A stretch of 63,846 nt of DNA, the filler included, from Platydemus manokwari (taxonomy: Eukaryota), in assembly GCA_037951405.1 (NCBI GenBank). It is 6 parts of 6 records of this genome, joined end to end, with 100 filler letters (N's around TTAATTAATTAA, not from the genome) between each part and the next. Parts side by side here need not be neighbours in the genome. Positions count along the whole stretch, not along the records: positions 33,972 to 43,051 come from JBBMOY011302540.1; positions 43,152 to 52,803 come from JBBMOY011222320.1; 4 more parts are not named here. One strand, given 5' to 3'. Each line of letters begins with the position of its first letter. Position 1 is the stretch's first letter. The position numbers were made by a program, and so were the translations under genes. The notes below the pieces were generated by a model. That model worked only from the letters and a program-made list of their open reading frames with translations. It ran no database searches and was not told the origin of the DNA. This document shows, piece after piece, positions 41,362 to 52,903 of the stretch.

Positions 41362-42543
41362 TCTTTTAAAATCTCTTTTCCAGTACTGATTAAAGTTGGC
41401 TTTAAATATTTTCAAAATTTTTCGTCATTGAATAGATAACATGTGGTAAGAACTTCGTGTGAATTCTCATTCTAACCGATATTTGACTTGTGCTGCGCAA
41501 ATGTTAGAAATGAAAAAATGCTGGCGGTTTAATGTATAAAGAGATGATGATAAAAAGGCCTTTCTTTCATATGTATGTTTCTGTGCGTCATTAAATAAGT
41601 AAAATGAAATATCGTATAATATTCATACCAAAGGAAGGGATTTATTAATAATAATGATAATGAAGTTAAAAAAGATAATATATTATTCCATAATATCTTG
41701 TTTAATTATATTACATGAATCTAGACAGTACTATATATACTTTATATTATAAAGTATGTCTAATTTAGAGAATAAATCAGCGAATAGCCAAGTCAAGCGA
41801 CAAAGAGAAGATCGCTCTTTGAATCAGACGATCTTATCAGATGAAGAAGAAAGAAAAAAACAAAGTACATAAATTATATTAATATTTGTATTGCGAATAT
41901 ATTATTTATTTATTCTGGATATCTTTCTATACACATCCTTTATTAAGAAAACTGTCAGATTTGTAATCGCAAAGTAGCCCTCAATATACTGACAAAGAAA
42001 TTTTGTGAATATTCCTTAGGTATTCCATTATAATGTGCTATTTTTATAATTAGATAACCGGATTTTGTTTTAGTTATCAAAGCCAAGATCTCAAATATTT
42101 TTCAAAAACCCAAAGGAGCCATTTCTATTCGTCTACAAGCCAGAAGCGAAATCATGTTCAGTTCTCAACTTATCAAGATTTCTGTCACTAACCTAATAAC
42201 GGAATTGCAATGCAAATGTCCTCTGTTGCAACAAGCGAAATCCGTCAACCAAGGTAAATGGCTTCTGATCGGTGATATTGAAAATGGTCAATTCATTGTA
42301 AAATTTCTGACGAAATGGCAACGAAAACGGAAAAAGTTTCGCATTCTCTTTAAATTGTTAAAAGAAAGACCCAAAAGATATTGTAAAAAACAGAAGAACA
42401 TTCTTAGATTGGTCAAAAAACAAGCTCGACTCAATGAGTTTGAGAACGAACATAAAAAACCGAAAAAGTACAAACGGAAACCCTTGGTAGATTCAAATTA
42501 TCAAAATCAATTTTATAATTTCGGAGATGCGAAAAGTCGATAA
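39119..42543 (+). CDS. sFRP: Secreted frizzled-related protein; exons 39119-39590, 41769-41864, 41948-42019, 42074-42543 (369 aa)
   Basis: Signal peptide plus 10-Cys Frizzled CRD (CHIDLEKLLCSIYAPIC...PCRELCNSVREKC...GFEWP...C). Three phase-1 GT-AG introns join in frame to an NTR domain (NCQICNRK...FCEYSLVIKAKI...CKCPLL...WLLIG...KWQRKRKKF...C). No TM segments. Paralog number not assignable. Confidence 0.93.
41306..41356. repeat. (ATT)n microsatellite in sFRP intron 1
   Basis: About 17 ATT units. It explains the poly-Ile ORF 41152..41415. Confidence 0.95.
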
Positions 42544-43051
42544 CAAGAATCATCTCTAAAATCACAATGATTACCTCTTCATAATAATACATATATAAAT
42601 ATGATGTATCTTTCTATTGATGTTCGCCCTGCTTGTGCATATTAATATGTTGTTGCTGTTGTTGTTGTTTCGTGTTCGATCAAAAATGATTTGTATATTA
42701 TGTTATTTTATGTATTACTCTTTATGATTTTATCAGTGTGTGTGTGTCTGTGTGTTTATGTGTGTCTTCATCGATAATTAATTGAAATCTTATTTCACTT
42801 ATTTATATTTTATAAATATTATCTCAGTATTGAAATTATTGATTTTTGAAAAATTCATTCTTTCAGTCTCACTGTTGTACCTCATCTATGTTTTTGCACA
42901 TAAAATGAATCGATATTGTGAAGGTAGCATCTCCAAATTATAAAAAATTATATTAATATTATTAATAATATTCATATTAATAATAAAAATAATAATAATA
43001 GTAATAATAATATTTAGAATAATAGTAATAACAACAATAATAATGAGATTA

Positions 43052-43151
43052 NNNNNNNNNNNNNNNNNNNNNNNNNNNNNNNNNNNNNNNNNNNNTTAAT
43101 TAATTAANNNNNNNNNNNNNNNNNNNNNNNNNNNNNNNNNNNNNNNNNNNN
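43052..43151. other. Artificial contig-join spacer
   Basis: TTAATTAATTAA at 43096-43107 between 44-N runs. Confidence 0.97.
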
Positions 43152-43560
43152 CACCGAGCAATATGTGGAAATCTCTGATCCCTAATTTGTATAAGAGAAT
43201 AGAATAATTGTCGTGAGTTGTATGGCCATTGCCATAGTTTCGAGCATATAAAGAATGGCTAAATTGAGTTTATGTTCATTTCAGAAGAGCAAGGCATGTT
43301 TTATTATTGAATTGGTGGTCAAGCAATGGTACATATTAGCAATATCCATAAGGGTTACTGTAGTAGTAAATTTGTGCTTATGATCAAGTCTGGACATCTC
43401 TAAGTAACTTATTGGCAAGATTTATTTGAGAAAAGTGATAATTTACAACAGTATTTACAATTATTGTAATTTAGTGGAGAACCATATTTAGAAGCAAAGA
43501 CATTTAGATAAAAAGACAGGGTTGTGTTACTAACTGACAGGTCTAACATGTGTGTGTTAC
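43152..43560 (-). mobile_element. Possible decayed Penelope-like reverse transcriptase fragment
   Basis: TLMDIANMYHCL resembles the PLE DIxNLYxxI motif, and a later GSEIS resembles GSPIS. Stops intervene and the relic is cut by the gap. Confidence 0.3.
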
Positions 43561-46510
43561 ATAAATCCTCAGTGTTCAACGAGTTTATCAAAAAATAAAA
43601 AATTCAACAAACTCACCTGTTGAATCAAACTGTTATTGATTTTGAATTATAATTAAAATCAATGATGTAAAATTGTTTAAATTTTCCTTTCCAAATTATC
43701 ATATTTTATTGTCAACCATTTCTCTTGTTGAAGGCTCATCGTTAATGAATAATTCCTGCAGAATCAATAAATTTGAGATTTTTATCAATAAAACCACCTC
43801 TTGACCAAAATTAAAAGTCCTACATATTATTCGATTATATTCTGTGCTCTCTCACTATTTACTGGAATGATGAAATAATAGTAGAAGACTGGATTTCTGT
43901 CATACCGATTATCCATTGCGATAGATAAATTTTAAATACTCCCCTATCTGAATTACAGGAAATAATTGATTGATTGATGATCTTATCTTCTAAGGGAACA
44001 CACAAATTAATAGATTCGGATAGAAAATGAAATCCCTTATAATTAAAGAGTCAAACTTCAGACCGAAATTTCGGACCGAATCAACTTAGTTCTTTCTTGG
44101 AAAGAAATTATCGTTATTTTAATTGCACATGGATCATTTGTATAAAATGATTAACTCGTGAATTAAATTGAAATCGATTTATTAAACACGTTAAATGTTT
44201 ATTTATTTAAAAATTTTTAAAAATTTAAAATGTTCAGAATTATTTCATCTTTCATTTATTGACCTTCACGCCTAACATATGTAATTTAAGTATATAATAC
44301 AGGCTTGAATTGGGACATCCTGATAAAAATCGATAAAAATCTCAAAACAAGAACAAGTATCACGTAAAACATCAAAATTCAGTAAAAACCGTTTTGGAAC
44401 ATGAATTACAAATATAATTACTCAATCAGTCCCTCTTTGAAAAGGTCTACTATTCAGGACTGGACTCAATGACAATCCTGAACTGAATTTGTGATATATT
44501 TGTTTATATTATATATTTCACGGTGGGTTAAAATTTATGATGGCAGCCTGACTTTCATATTGTGCCGTTTATTATGTGATTTATAATATCGATTATGTAC
44601 ATTTTCATTGTATTTTGTAATAAGAAAATACTAGCGGCAGACAAATCAAAGATTAAATCTAGAACAATAAGAAAATTGAGATTTGTAACGACAATAAAAT
44701 AATAATAAAAAAATGATAAAATACAAGAGCAACATAAATATATTATTTTGGACCTACAGTAGCCTGGAATCTCTTCTATTGGTATCTAAAATGTGTAAGA
44801 TAAATAAGTTAAAAGTAAGAATAATGGAAATTTATATATTATTAGCAAAAATATCATTGATTTATGTAATAAATCTGCCAAACAAAACCGGGATAAAGAG
44901 CAAATACAAGTATTGCAATTTATTTAAATGGTTTGGATTTAGTTTCATTGATTTAAAGTAACGAACTCACTTGTCGGGTTATTTAACAACAGAGTGTGAA
45001 AGTTCAACTCGCAGAAACTCAACATTTCCGAAATACTTTATGGGTCTATATTGATAATTTTTTTGATATTATCAGTGTGAAATTTGGTGATTAAGTAATC
45101 ACAGGATGTACAAGTCGTCACTTTGTGAATTAAATATTGAAACATAATATTAGTTCATTTCAAAATTTAAAATATTCATTATCTATCACAGTTTAAATAC
45201 ACAATTTAATCAATCAGAATATTGATAGGAAAATTATGGAAGTCATAAAGCCGATATATTGATAATATATAATAAAAATCTGAAATTTAGCTTTATGATC
45301 ATAAATCATTAATCATAATCAAGTCTAGAAACCGCTTAGAATTTCCCTTTAATAAAAAACTATTCATATAATATAATTAGGAGTGAAAATGTCATTATGG
45401 CAAACATCAAAAATTAAAATTCTTTGGCTTAAGTTCAGAAAAAGGGTTCTTTGAGCTATTTTGGTGTTGATAAATTTTCGCATGTGAGGTAAATTTTTAA
45501 TTTTATATATATTTTTCATATAAAAATTAATTTGTATAAAATTTTTGGGATCAAGATGTTACGAATTAACTGTCAATTCTTTGAAACTATTCTTTCAAAT
45601 CTCTCAGTTCCATTGATGTTGAATGGTGAACAGTGTCTTGTTAAGCACCAAAGTTGGAAAGCATCTGTAAGACCTCAAATAAAACATATAAATGATTAAT
45701 CCGTCCTCATCTATCATCAATTAAATATAAACTAATTATTTTAATGTTAATTATATCTTTATCTTGTAATTGATGCTTCCCAGGATTATCACAGTTTTTG
45801 TTGTAAAAATTCATAATATCAGTAAATTTTATAAATTTATAAATGCCAAATAGGAATTTAACAGAATTGTCAAACCAAGTTCCTATCATAATAACAACAC
45901 TTCTATACGAAATTTTTGATTTCGTAATTTTAATTATGGATCGAATTAGTAAACTGCTGGCATCTAATATTACTTGTACTAATATAATAGTAGTAAAAAT
46001 ATAGACAATCTCTCAATTTCTGATATATAATGGGGGTTATGTTAAATAGTATCAAATTTAGGAAATTGCAACATGATTATATTATTATTTTGTAACACTT
46101 ATACAAATATTTATCACTCTTGCAAGTAATACTTATAAATTTACTTAAATAATAAACTGGTATTAGGAATTTCTAAATTCTTTTGAATGAAAATCATGAG
46201 TTTAGTTATCAAATGAAATTAAATTACTTTTTTAATCCAATAGAAAAATAATATTTAATGAAAAATCATAAAAATTTTGAAATCATTTGAGTAATTATAA
46301 ATACCATAAAAACAAATGGAGTTAGTGCAAAATTAAAACAAACTATAATTATTTTAACCTTTACCGATGTCTGAAATATTTATATTTCGAAAGTAAATAT
46401 TATTTACTGAATTGGAATCATTTTAATGGCGATTTTAGAGTGATTTTTATCGACTTCCAAAATGGTATAAAGGAAATGGCTACCACAGGTCTATTTTTCT
46501 TACTTTTTTC

Positions 46511-48485
46511 AATATTTATTAACAAAACAAGAGTATTAGAGACCTGTAGATCACAGATGTAATCTGCCTTTGTTATTGGGGTTTTTTGTGCCAAATGATT
46601 CAGTAAATTACAGATTTAATTCGTAAGTCATAAGAATTGTTTCTATTAATTATTAATTACGTTGGATTATATTGGTCAGAAAACATTGTCCATTACAATG
46701 TATCGAGGAGCTTTGTGAAAGCTGTTACAATAGTTCTGATGATCAGGATTTTTTCTTCGTTTGGTCTCATTATTCACAGAACCCTGTATTCATTTCAAAT
46801 TTTATAAATAATGCCCAGTACTTACCAAAACATGAAGTACATATTTTCCTTCTGTGCTCCTTAACCAACAAATACTTTTATACAACCTAATGTTTGAAGA
46901 TATATAAAAGAAACAAAAGAAAATAAACCACTGGCAATTAATAAAGAATTTTCCTAACTGTTTCATCTTTAGTAATTCAATAAATCATTGCAAACTGATT
47001 CGAAACTAAATTTTTAAGTTGAAATGCTTTCAGATAATTAAAAATTAATATGAAATGCTTCAAAATGTTAATAATCAGTAAAGATATTATGTTGAAACAG
47101 AAATAATATTATTTAATTTCTAGATTAAAAAACGAATTTTATTATAAAATTTCATTGAAAGATTTTCATTCAGTCTTATTGCAGCAGTACTAATTCTTAT
47201 ATAACATCATTGTATCCACTTCTTTTATACAAATAAAGCCTCAAAAATCTTTCGATCTTGCTTTGACAATATAGATTAGAAAATTTAAAATATAAATATA
47301 TCAATTCATTGATTAAGATCTCCATTTTTTGTTTTTTGCAATGAATTACATGTATACGGATAGTTATTATTTATATCCTGATTATTATGCAGGATACTAT
47401 GATCCAGTAAGATTGAAAACAACCAAACGAAGCATTTATTCCACAAATCCAGGAAAGAACAATAGCGATATCGATGAATCCGTGAAGCATTTAATTCAAT
47501 TATCAAAAGAACAGATAGCCAAAGAACGAGAGCTTTCAACATCATCTAAAGATCCCAAAACCGAATCGAAAGCTAATGCTTCGAATCCCATCGTTGGGGA
47601 CACTAATCGACTGTCAAAGCATGTTGTGGATATTTTGGAAAATATTTATCAAACTTCTACATTCATCAACAGAAAACGCCGTGAAGAAATAGCTGAAGAG
47701 TTGAATTTACCAATAGAAAAAGTACGAAATTGGTTTCAAAACCGTAGAGGAAAAGATAGACGATTGAATCAAGTACAACAATTTACAAGTCGAAAATATA
47801 TCAGATCCGGAAAATATGCTAGGAAAATTAATGGGCGTGATGATTTTATCTATTATGACCAACGACCATCTGATTACAGTCCATCAGAAAATTTAAATCA
47901 GATTGCAATTAATGTTGGAATTGTAAAGGATAATTTCATTTCAGTATCATCTCCAGATAAGATGGATCCGATTAATTTATCATTTGCCAATCATTCACCT
48001 CCTGTTTCTGGCACAATGCCATATTGGCCCGCTTCTAATTGGCACAATAATGAAGAATTAATGTCATCTAACGCCTGTAATTCTGATAACATGGAGAAAC
48101 AAATAGAGAATCAGAGTTACTTATATTCAGTAATGTATGATAATGATACTAATAAATCATTCACTATTCTGAGAGACAGTATGAGCGAATTGATTTAATG
48201 TTGAATGTAGATATTGTTCATATGTTTTCAATGTTTTATTAAATATATGTGGGTAATTACTAGGTTTGTTAATAAATTACATATTAATATAAAACTAGAA
48301 AATGAGCTTTTAAAATGATATCAATTTTTGAATAAATAAATAATTTTAGTATAGATAAAGATGAAAATTACTACGAAAATAATATTTATTAACAAAACAA
48401 GAATTAAGGACATGTATGCCATAGAAGTTATCTGCGTCATTAGCTTGAGTCTTTCGTTACTAATAGATAAATCAATTACAGATTA
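46511..48485 (+). repeat. Diverged ~105-bp direct repeats (46511-46616 and 48381-48485) bracketing the homeobox gene
   Basis: Both start with the identical 22-mer aatatttattaacaaaacaaga and end in aattacagatt, with an alignable middle. Confidence 0.8.
47341..48198 (+). CDS. Homeodomain transcription factor, divergent Q50 type, single coding exon (285 aa from first ATG)
   Basis: Homeodomain at ~47590-47769: ...DILENIYQTSTFINRKRREEIAEELNLPIEKVRNWFQNRRGKDRR. The ORF track starts at a TTG; the first ATG is 47341. Confidence 0.92.
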   Translation: MNYMYTDSYYLYPDYYAGYYDPVRLKTTKRSIYSTNPGKNNSDIDESVKHLIQLSKEQIAKERELSTSSKDPKTESKANASNPIVGDTNRLSKHVVDILENIYQTSTFINRKRREEIAEELNLPIEKVRNWFQNRRGKDRRLNQVQQFTSRKYIRSGKYARKINGRDDFIYYDQRPSDYSPSENLNQIAINVGIVKDNFISVSSPDKMDPINLSFANHSPPVSGTMPYWPASNWHNNEELMSSNACNSDNMEKQIENQSYLYSVMYDNDTNKSFTILRDSMSELI

Positions 48486-49097
48486 TAGCATCGGTGGTAA
48501 AGAAAAAAGCAGTTTTATACAATGAAAAGTTGCTGAAATCAACTGATTTAGGATTAAAAATCCTTATTTTTATTTATTAGATTAAAATTTTCATTATCTT
48601 TCAAAGATCAAATTTTTACTATTATGATGTACATTTATTTGAAGTTATCAACAATTATACCTGAACATTATACTATCCAAACCCTACAATCTTATTCACA
48701 ACAACTACAATTAAACCTCTCTATAATCAACGATAGTTTATCACATAATTTGGGATCAGTACCCAAAGTCAAAGACAGAATAGAAAATAACCAAAAAAAT
48801 GGTTACTGAAAATCACACTTATTTAAGATTAATAAGGAAGTTACCAACCAAAAAGACTGGCAGTTACTCATGGAATTCAACCTCTTTTATAGACCTATCG
48901 GATACGTCTGCTTGATGTCACCGATCTCCGTTACTCATTTGCTGAATTCTCTCGTTGATCGGTCTGCTTGAAATATTCCTTGCATCTCCTTATGCTATTG
49001 ATAGATATTTTAGTTTGCTGTCAATTGTAGGTATGTGCCTATCGATTCTTAGCTTCCAAAATGGATTAATATTAGAACGAATCTGATTATCCTACGA

Positions 49098-49202
49098 CAG
49101 AGGTGGCCAACTTCTGTGTACGTAAGATCGACTTTTTATTTGAATGACATCTCACGCGAAAGACTAAAATCGGCTTCAAGATCGACCGGTTGGCCAGCCC
49201 TG
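49098..49202. mobile_element. 105-bp non-autonomous hAT (Buster/Charlie-type) MITE
   Basis: 14-bp TIRs CAGAGGTGGCCAAC / GTTGGCCAGCCCTG (12/14 match). Flanking 8-mers TCCTACGA and CCCTACGC (6/8) have a central TA. Confidence 0.85.
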
Positions 49203-50409
49203 CCCTACGCATATATGCTTATCGTTTCTGTATGTATCTAACTTTTTAGAGGTATTTCCTTCGTTCCTGTTACCCTTTTTTGGTTGATCTGTAATATATC
49301 TAACAGATTGTATTCGGTCTCTGTTTTGTATTAAAGATCGTCTATAGCTAAGATGAAACTACCATAGGAATTATGTCAATTGAATTACTTTACCATTTAT
49401 ACTAAACCTTTACTACATAATGTTAAGTTTATCCGGTCTATTTATAAATTCGCATTATTAAATGAATAATTTTATAATAAAGGATATACGATCGTTTGAA
49501 TTAATTATGATTTTAGACGGATGCTGAATATATCTCGATGCTTAGATCACTGAAAATAGTTACGCAACTTCAATATTCCTTATTTTAGTATAAATAATTA
49601 TGAATGGCATTATTAATTTGTGGATTTTATTATGTTTTTCTTCCAATCAAATAACTGTTATTCTTTTATATTATTTCATAAAATTATCAAAAAATCAAAT
49701 CCTTAATAGTAATATTTGTTTAAATCAATATACAAAGATAAAGCGTTTTATAGAAATCATCGATAATCGTGCATTAAAAATCACAATTTTCATTTATAAG
49801 TAATTATTAATAATCACAAAAATTCAGAGAATTGTATAGGTTTGAAAAGTCATCAATTGTTGATAATAATGTGAGATTTAAATAAATCAATGGTGCCATC
49901 TGGATCATAATTATCGATTTGAAGTCGAACCAAGACTTTATATGACCCCGTGGATTAGAGCTCTCGTATGGTAATAATTTCGATCTAGTGGGTCATTTGT
50001 CAAATCAAAAGAAATCTGTTTGAGTTTTGCGTAGGGACACCAACCCACACACACATCCAGTATATATATATATATATATGAAAAAGTAGATTATTTATAA
50101 ATTTAAGTAAAAAATAAATTCGGTATTTACATTTCTCGACCAGAAATAAATTATATTTCCTTTGCTAACTTCTTTCTTGGTAGTTTATTGACATTTTATA
50201 ATTAAAACAGAAATTTTATACATTCCTGACTATTTTAACAAAAAAATTTTTTAGGTATGTCATTGGCTAAGATAAGAAATCGATAATTTAGTTTCAGTAA
50301 ATTTTTAAATATCACGAAATCAAAAATATTGAAATCAAATCAAAACAACCCCAACAAATTATTGATTTCTTCTAGTATAAAATCTGACATGGAATTCAAA
50401 ATATTCAAA

Positions 50410-51531
50410 TCACGAATTTCCAAAATTAGTACTTCTAAGATCCACACAAACCGGTTGGCATTGACACACTCGGAAAAGATCAAGGAATCCATTCCTAAAA
50501 TTTGGCAAAAATACCAAATAGATAAAAAATTCACAAGCAAAATTAACATCTTTCAGCGATGAGAAGAGTCTGGACAAATGTTGAAAAGCATTGTAGAGAT
50601 AGAGATTGGTGAGGAACATTTTATTATCATCAGAATACATTCTCAAAATCATCACAATCACCGAAGGCATTGTCAACAGTAAAAACGCCACATTTACAGC
50701 TAAATGTCCGAGAACTCTATTGAATTCTTTTTCTTGATTTTTCATAATCGGATTTGATGCGGATTTGCAATCGTTGGTAAAGAATCTTTTGATCATATCT
50801 GTCCTATTTAAGTGCAGTTGCCAGATTTTCAAGCATATCAAAGTATTTAAAATAAAGACAATAAATGTTGGTATTATAAATGTTCCCAAAATCTTTAAAT
50901 ACAATCCAAAATTAGCCAGAAACCTCTTCTCTTGGGCTGTTATTACTGTACATTTGAGAGTCATCTTTAACCCCATTTGCTGTTCTACCAATCCATAACT
51001 TAATAACAAAGGAATATTGAGACACAATCCAATTACAAATACTGCTCCACACGCAATGATGGAGAATTTAATATAATAAACGGAATGAAACTTTATCGGG
51101 TTATGAATTGTGATCAGGCGATCGATAGAAAATATAACTGTAATAAATGAAGATACAAAAAACATAGTATTTGGCACGTATTCCATAATTTTGCAACAGA
51201 AATCACAATGACTGTCCCACTTGAAGGCTTTTAAATATTGGCCAAGAGCGTAAGATAAGCCTCGACCTAAAAAGTCATCCATCAGGCTATTGACAATAAG
51301 ACCAATAGTATGGACAAAAGCTAGATTTATACAATAAATTGAAAATCGTGATGATTTTGTTTTCAGATAGAATGTTAAAATCACAAATATATTTCCGATA
51401 ATTCCAATAATTGCTACAAATGGAGTGATGTAAGCTCGAAAGCATCCAACTATAGATTCATATTCATATGCTGGAGATTTGGTCACGAGTTCAGTAATAA
51501 TTTCGGATGATGAATTCGTTGTAATAATCAT
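50410..51531 (-). CDS. Rhodopsin-class (class A) orphan GPCR, peptide-receptor-like, resembling flatworm PROF1-type receptors (373 aa)
   Basis: Seven TM segments: GIIGN (TM1), CK at the top of TM3, SIDRL, ECL2 Cys, FIIP...LN (TM5), FLLLTMP (TM6), VNFACEFFIY...NFR (TM7/H8). A splice acceptor (tactttcag) directly precedes the ATG. Confidence 0.93.
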   Translation of the reverse strand: MIITTNSSSEIITELVTKSPAYEYESIVGCFRAYITPFVAIIGIIGNIFVILTFYLKTKSSRFSIYCINLAFVHTIGLIVNSLMDDFLGRGLSYALGQYLKAFKWDSHCDFCCKIMEYVPNTMFFVSSFITVIFSIDRLITIHNPIKFHSVYYIKFSIIACGAVFVIGLCLNIPLLLSYGLVEQQMGLKMTLKCTVITAQEKRFLANFGLYLKILGTFIIPTFIVFILNTLICLKIWQLHLNRTDMIKRFFTNDCKSASNPIMKNQEKEFNRVLGHLAVNVAFLLLTMPSVIVMILRMYSDDNKMFLTNLYLYNAFQHLSRLFSSLKDVNFACEFFIYLVFLPNFRNGFLDLFRVCQCQPVCVDLRSTNFGNS

Positions 51532-52803
51532 CTGAAAGTAAAATATTGAAAAATCATTGTTAAAATAGCATAGTTTTCATGAATAGGATCAATTTTCAGT
51601 AAATAAATGAAAATACCTTAAAAATAATAGAAGATCTGTCTATTCAGTTAGACAAAATACCAATGTACAAAATGTATTTCCGTCATATAATGTTTTGATT
51701 GGATTAAGATCTAAAGAACAAGTCAGTCAAGCAATTTTTCACCAACCCAAAGATAAACAAAAAGATCACAGAATAGTTGAACAAGAAGATAAAATGGATT
51801 ATTTTAAAAGTCGGTTCATTTTATAGCTCAAAATCTGTGTATTGAAATGTCTTTAGAATATTATAATGCTTAGCAACAGTAATTCCTTGACAACAGCAAA
51901 TTTCACGATCTCTAAATTTTTGCAGACGGGATTCGTTTCGCACTCTTTCGGTATCCTTATCAAGGTTAACTTTAATGTTTTTTCCTGGTTTTCGCATCTT
52001 TATTCTTTAATAAAATCCCAATGCTTGCAGTTTTCGGTTGAAGAAAGAATTTCACAATCTAATTACAAGATTTTAATAGCATAATTATTTTCTATCGATT
52101 TGAAACTGCTAACGTGATTTGTGATAATAAAATTATCATTTCTAAAATTTTAGCTACATTCGCGCACATATTTACACAATCAATAACTTTAACTCGTTCA
52201 GCATTAAATCATGTCGGATAATATTTGATTTTTATCACGAAGAATTCTATTTTAAAATTAAAATTTAAAAAAATAAAATGTTTCTGAAATTTTAATTAAT
52301 TAAATTTCACGTTTTATTTTTCGATGTTGGAAATTTTTTTAATTATATTTACAAATTAAATTATAATTTTATTTATTTAATCAGCTCTGAAATTCGACGA
52401 GGTTATCATTAAACTGAAATAAAACCATCGTTAGTGGCTGGAATGTTAATTGCTTGCTTTCGACATTTGTATTGCTAGCCTCGATAAACTATTTAACCTA
52501 GATATAATTATTTTATTCTTCTGTGTTGAGGGTGAAAATTTATGAGCACAGACATTGAACTTGAATGAAAAAACGTTATATAACTTTCTTTTAATGCCCA
52601 GTCGAAAGCAAGTAAATAACATTCCATCATAAATCCGTGTAGCCAAGAACAACTGTAACTCCAACAAATTAATTATGTAGAATTATAATTTAAATAAAAA
52701 ATATAATAATAGAATTTTCTAAAATTGGAAAATCAAATTAAAATGTAATTATAATCCGAAAAATAATAAAATATCAAATTTTAATTTTATAAAAGAAGCT
52801 TCA

Positions 52804-52903
52804 NNNNNNNNNNNNNNNNNNNNNNNNNNNNNNNNNNNNNNNNNNNNTTAATTAATTAANNNNNNNNNNNNNNNNNNNNNNNNNNNNNNNNNNNNNNNNN
52901 NNN
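52804..52903. other. Artificial contig-join spacer
   Basis: TTAATTAATTAA at 52848-52859 between 44-N runs. Confidence 0.97.

Noticed and set aside
41152-41415. ORF with a poly-isoleucine tract
   Set aside because: Translation of an (ATT)n microsatellite.
43610-45900. Scattered minus-strand exon-like pieces with vague cadherin-like words
   Set aside because: Stops in every joined frame and no complete cadherin motif.
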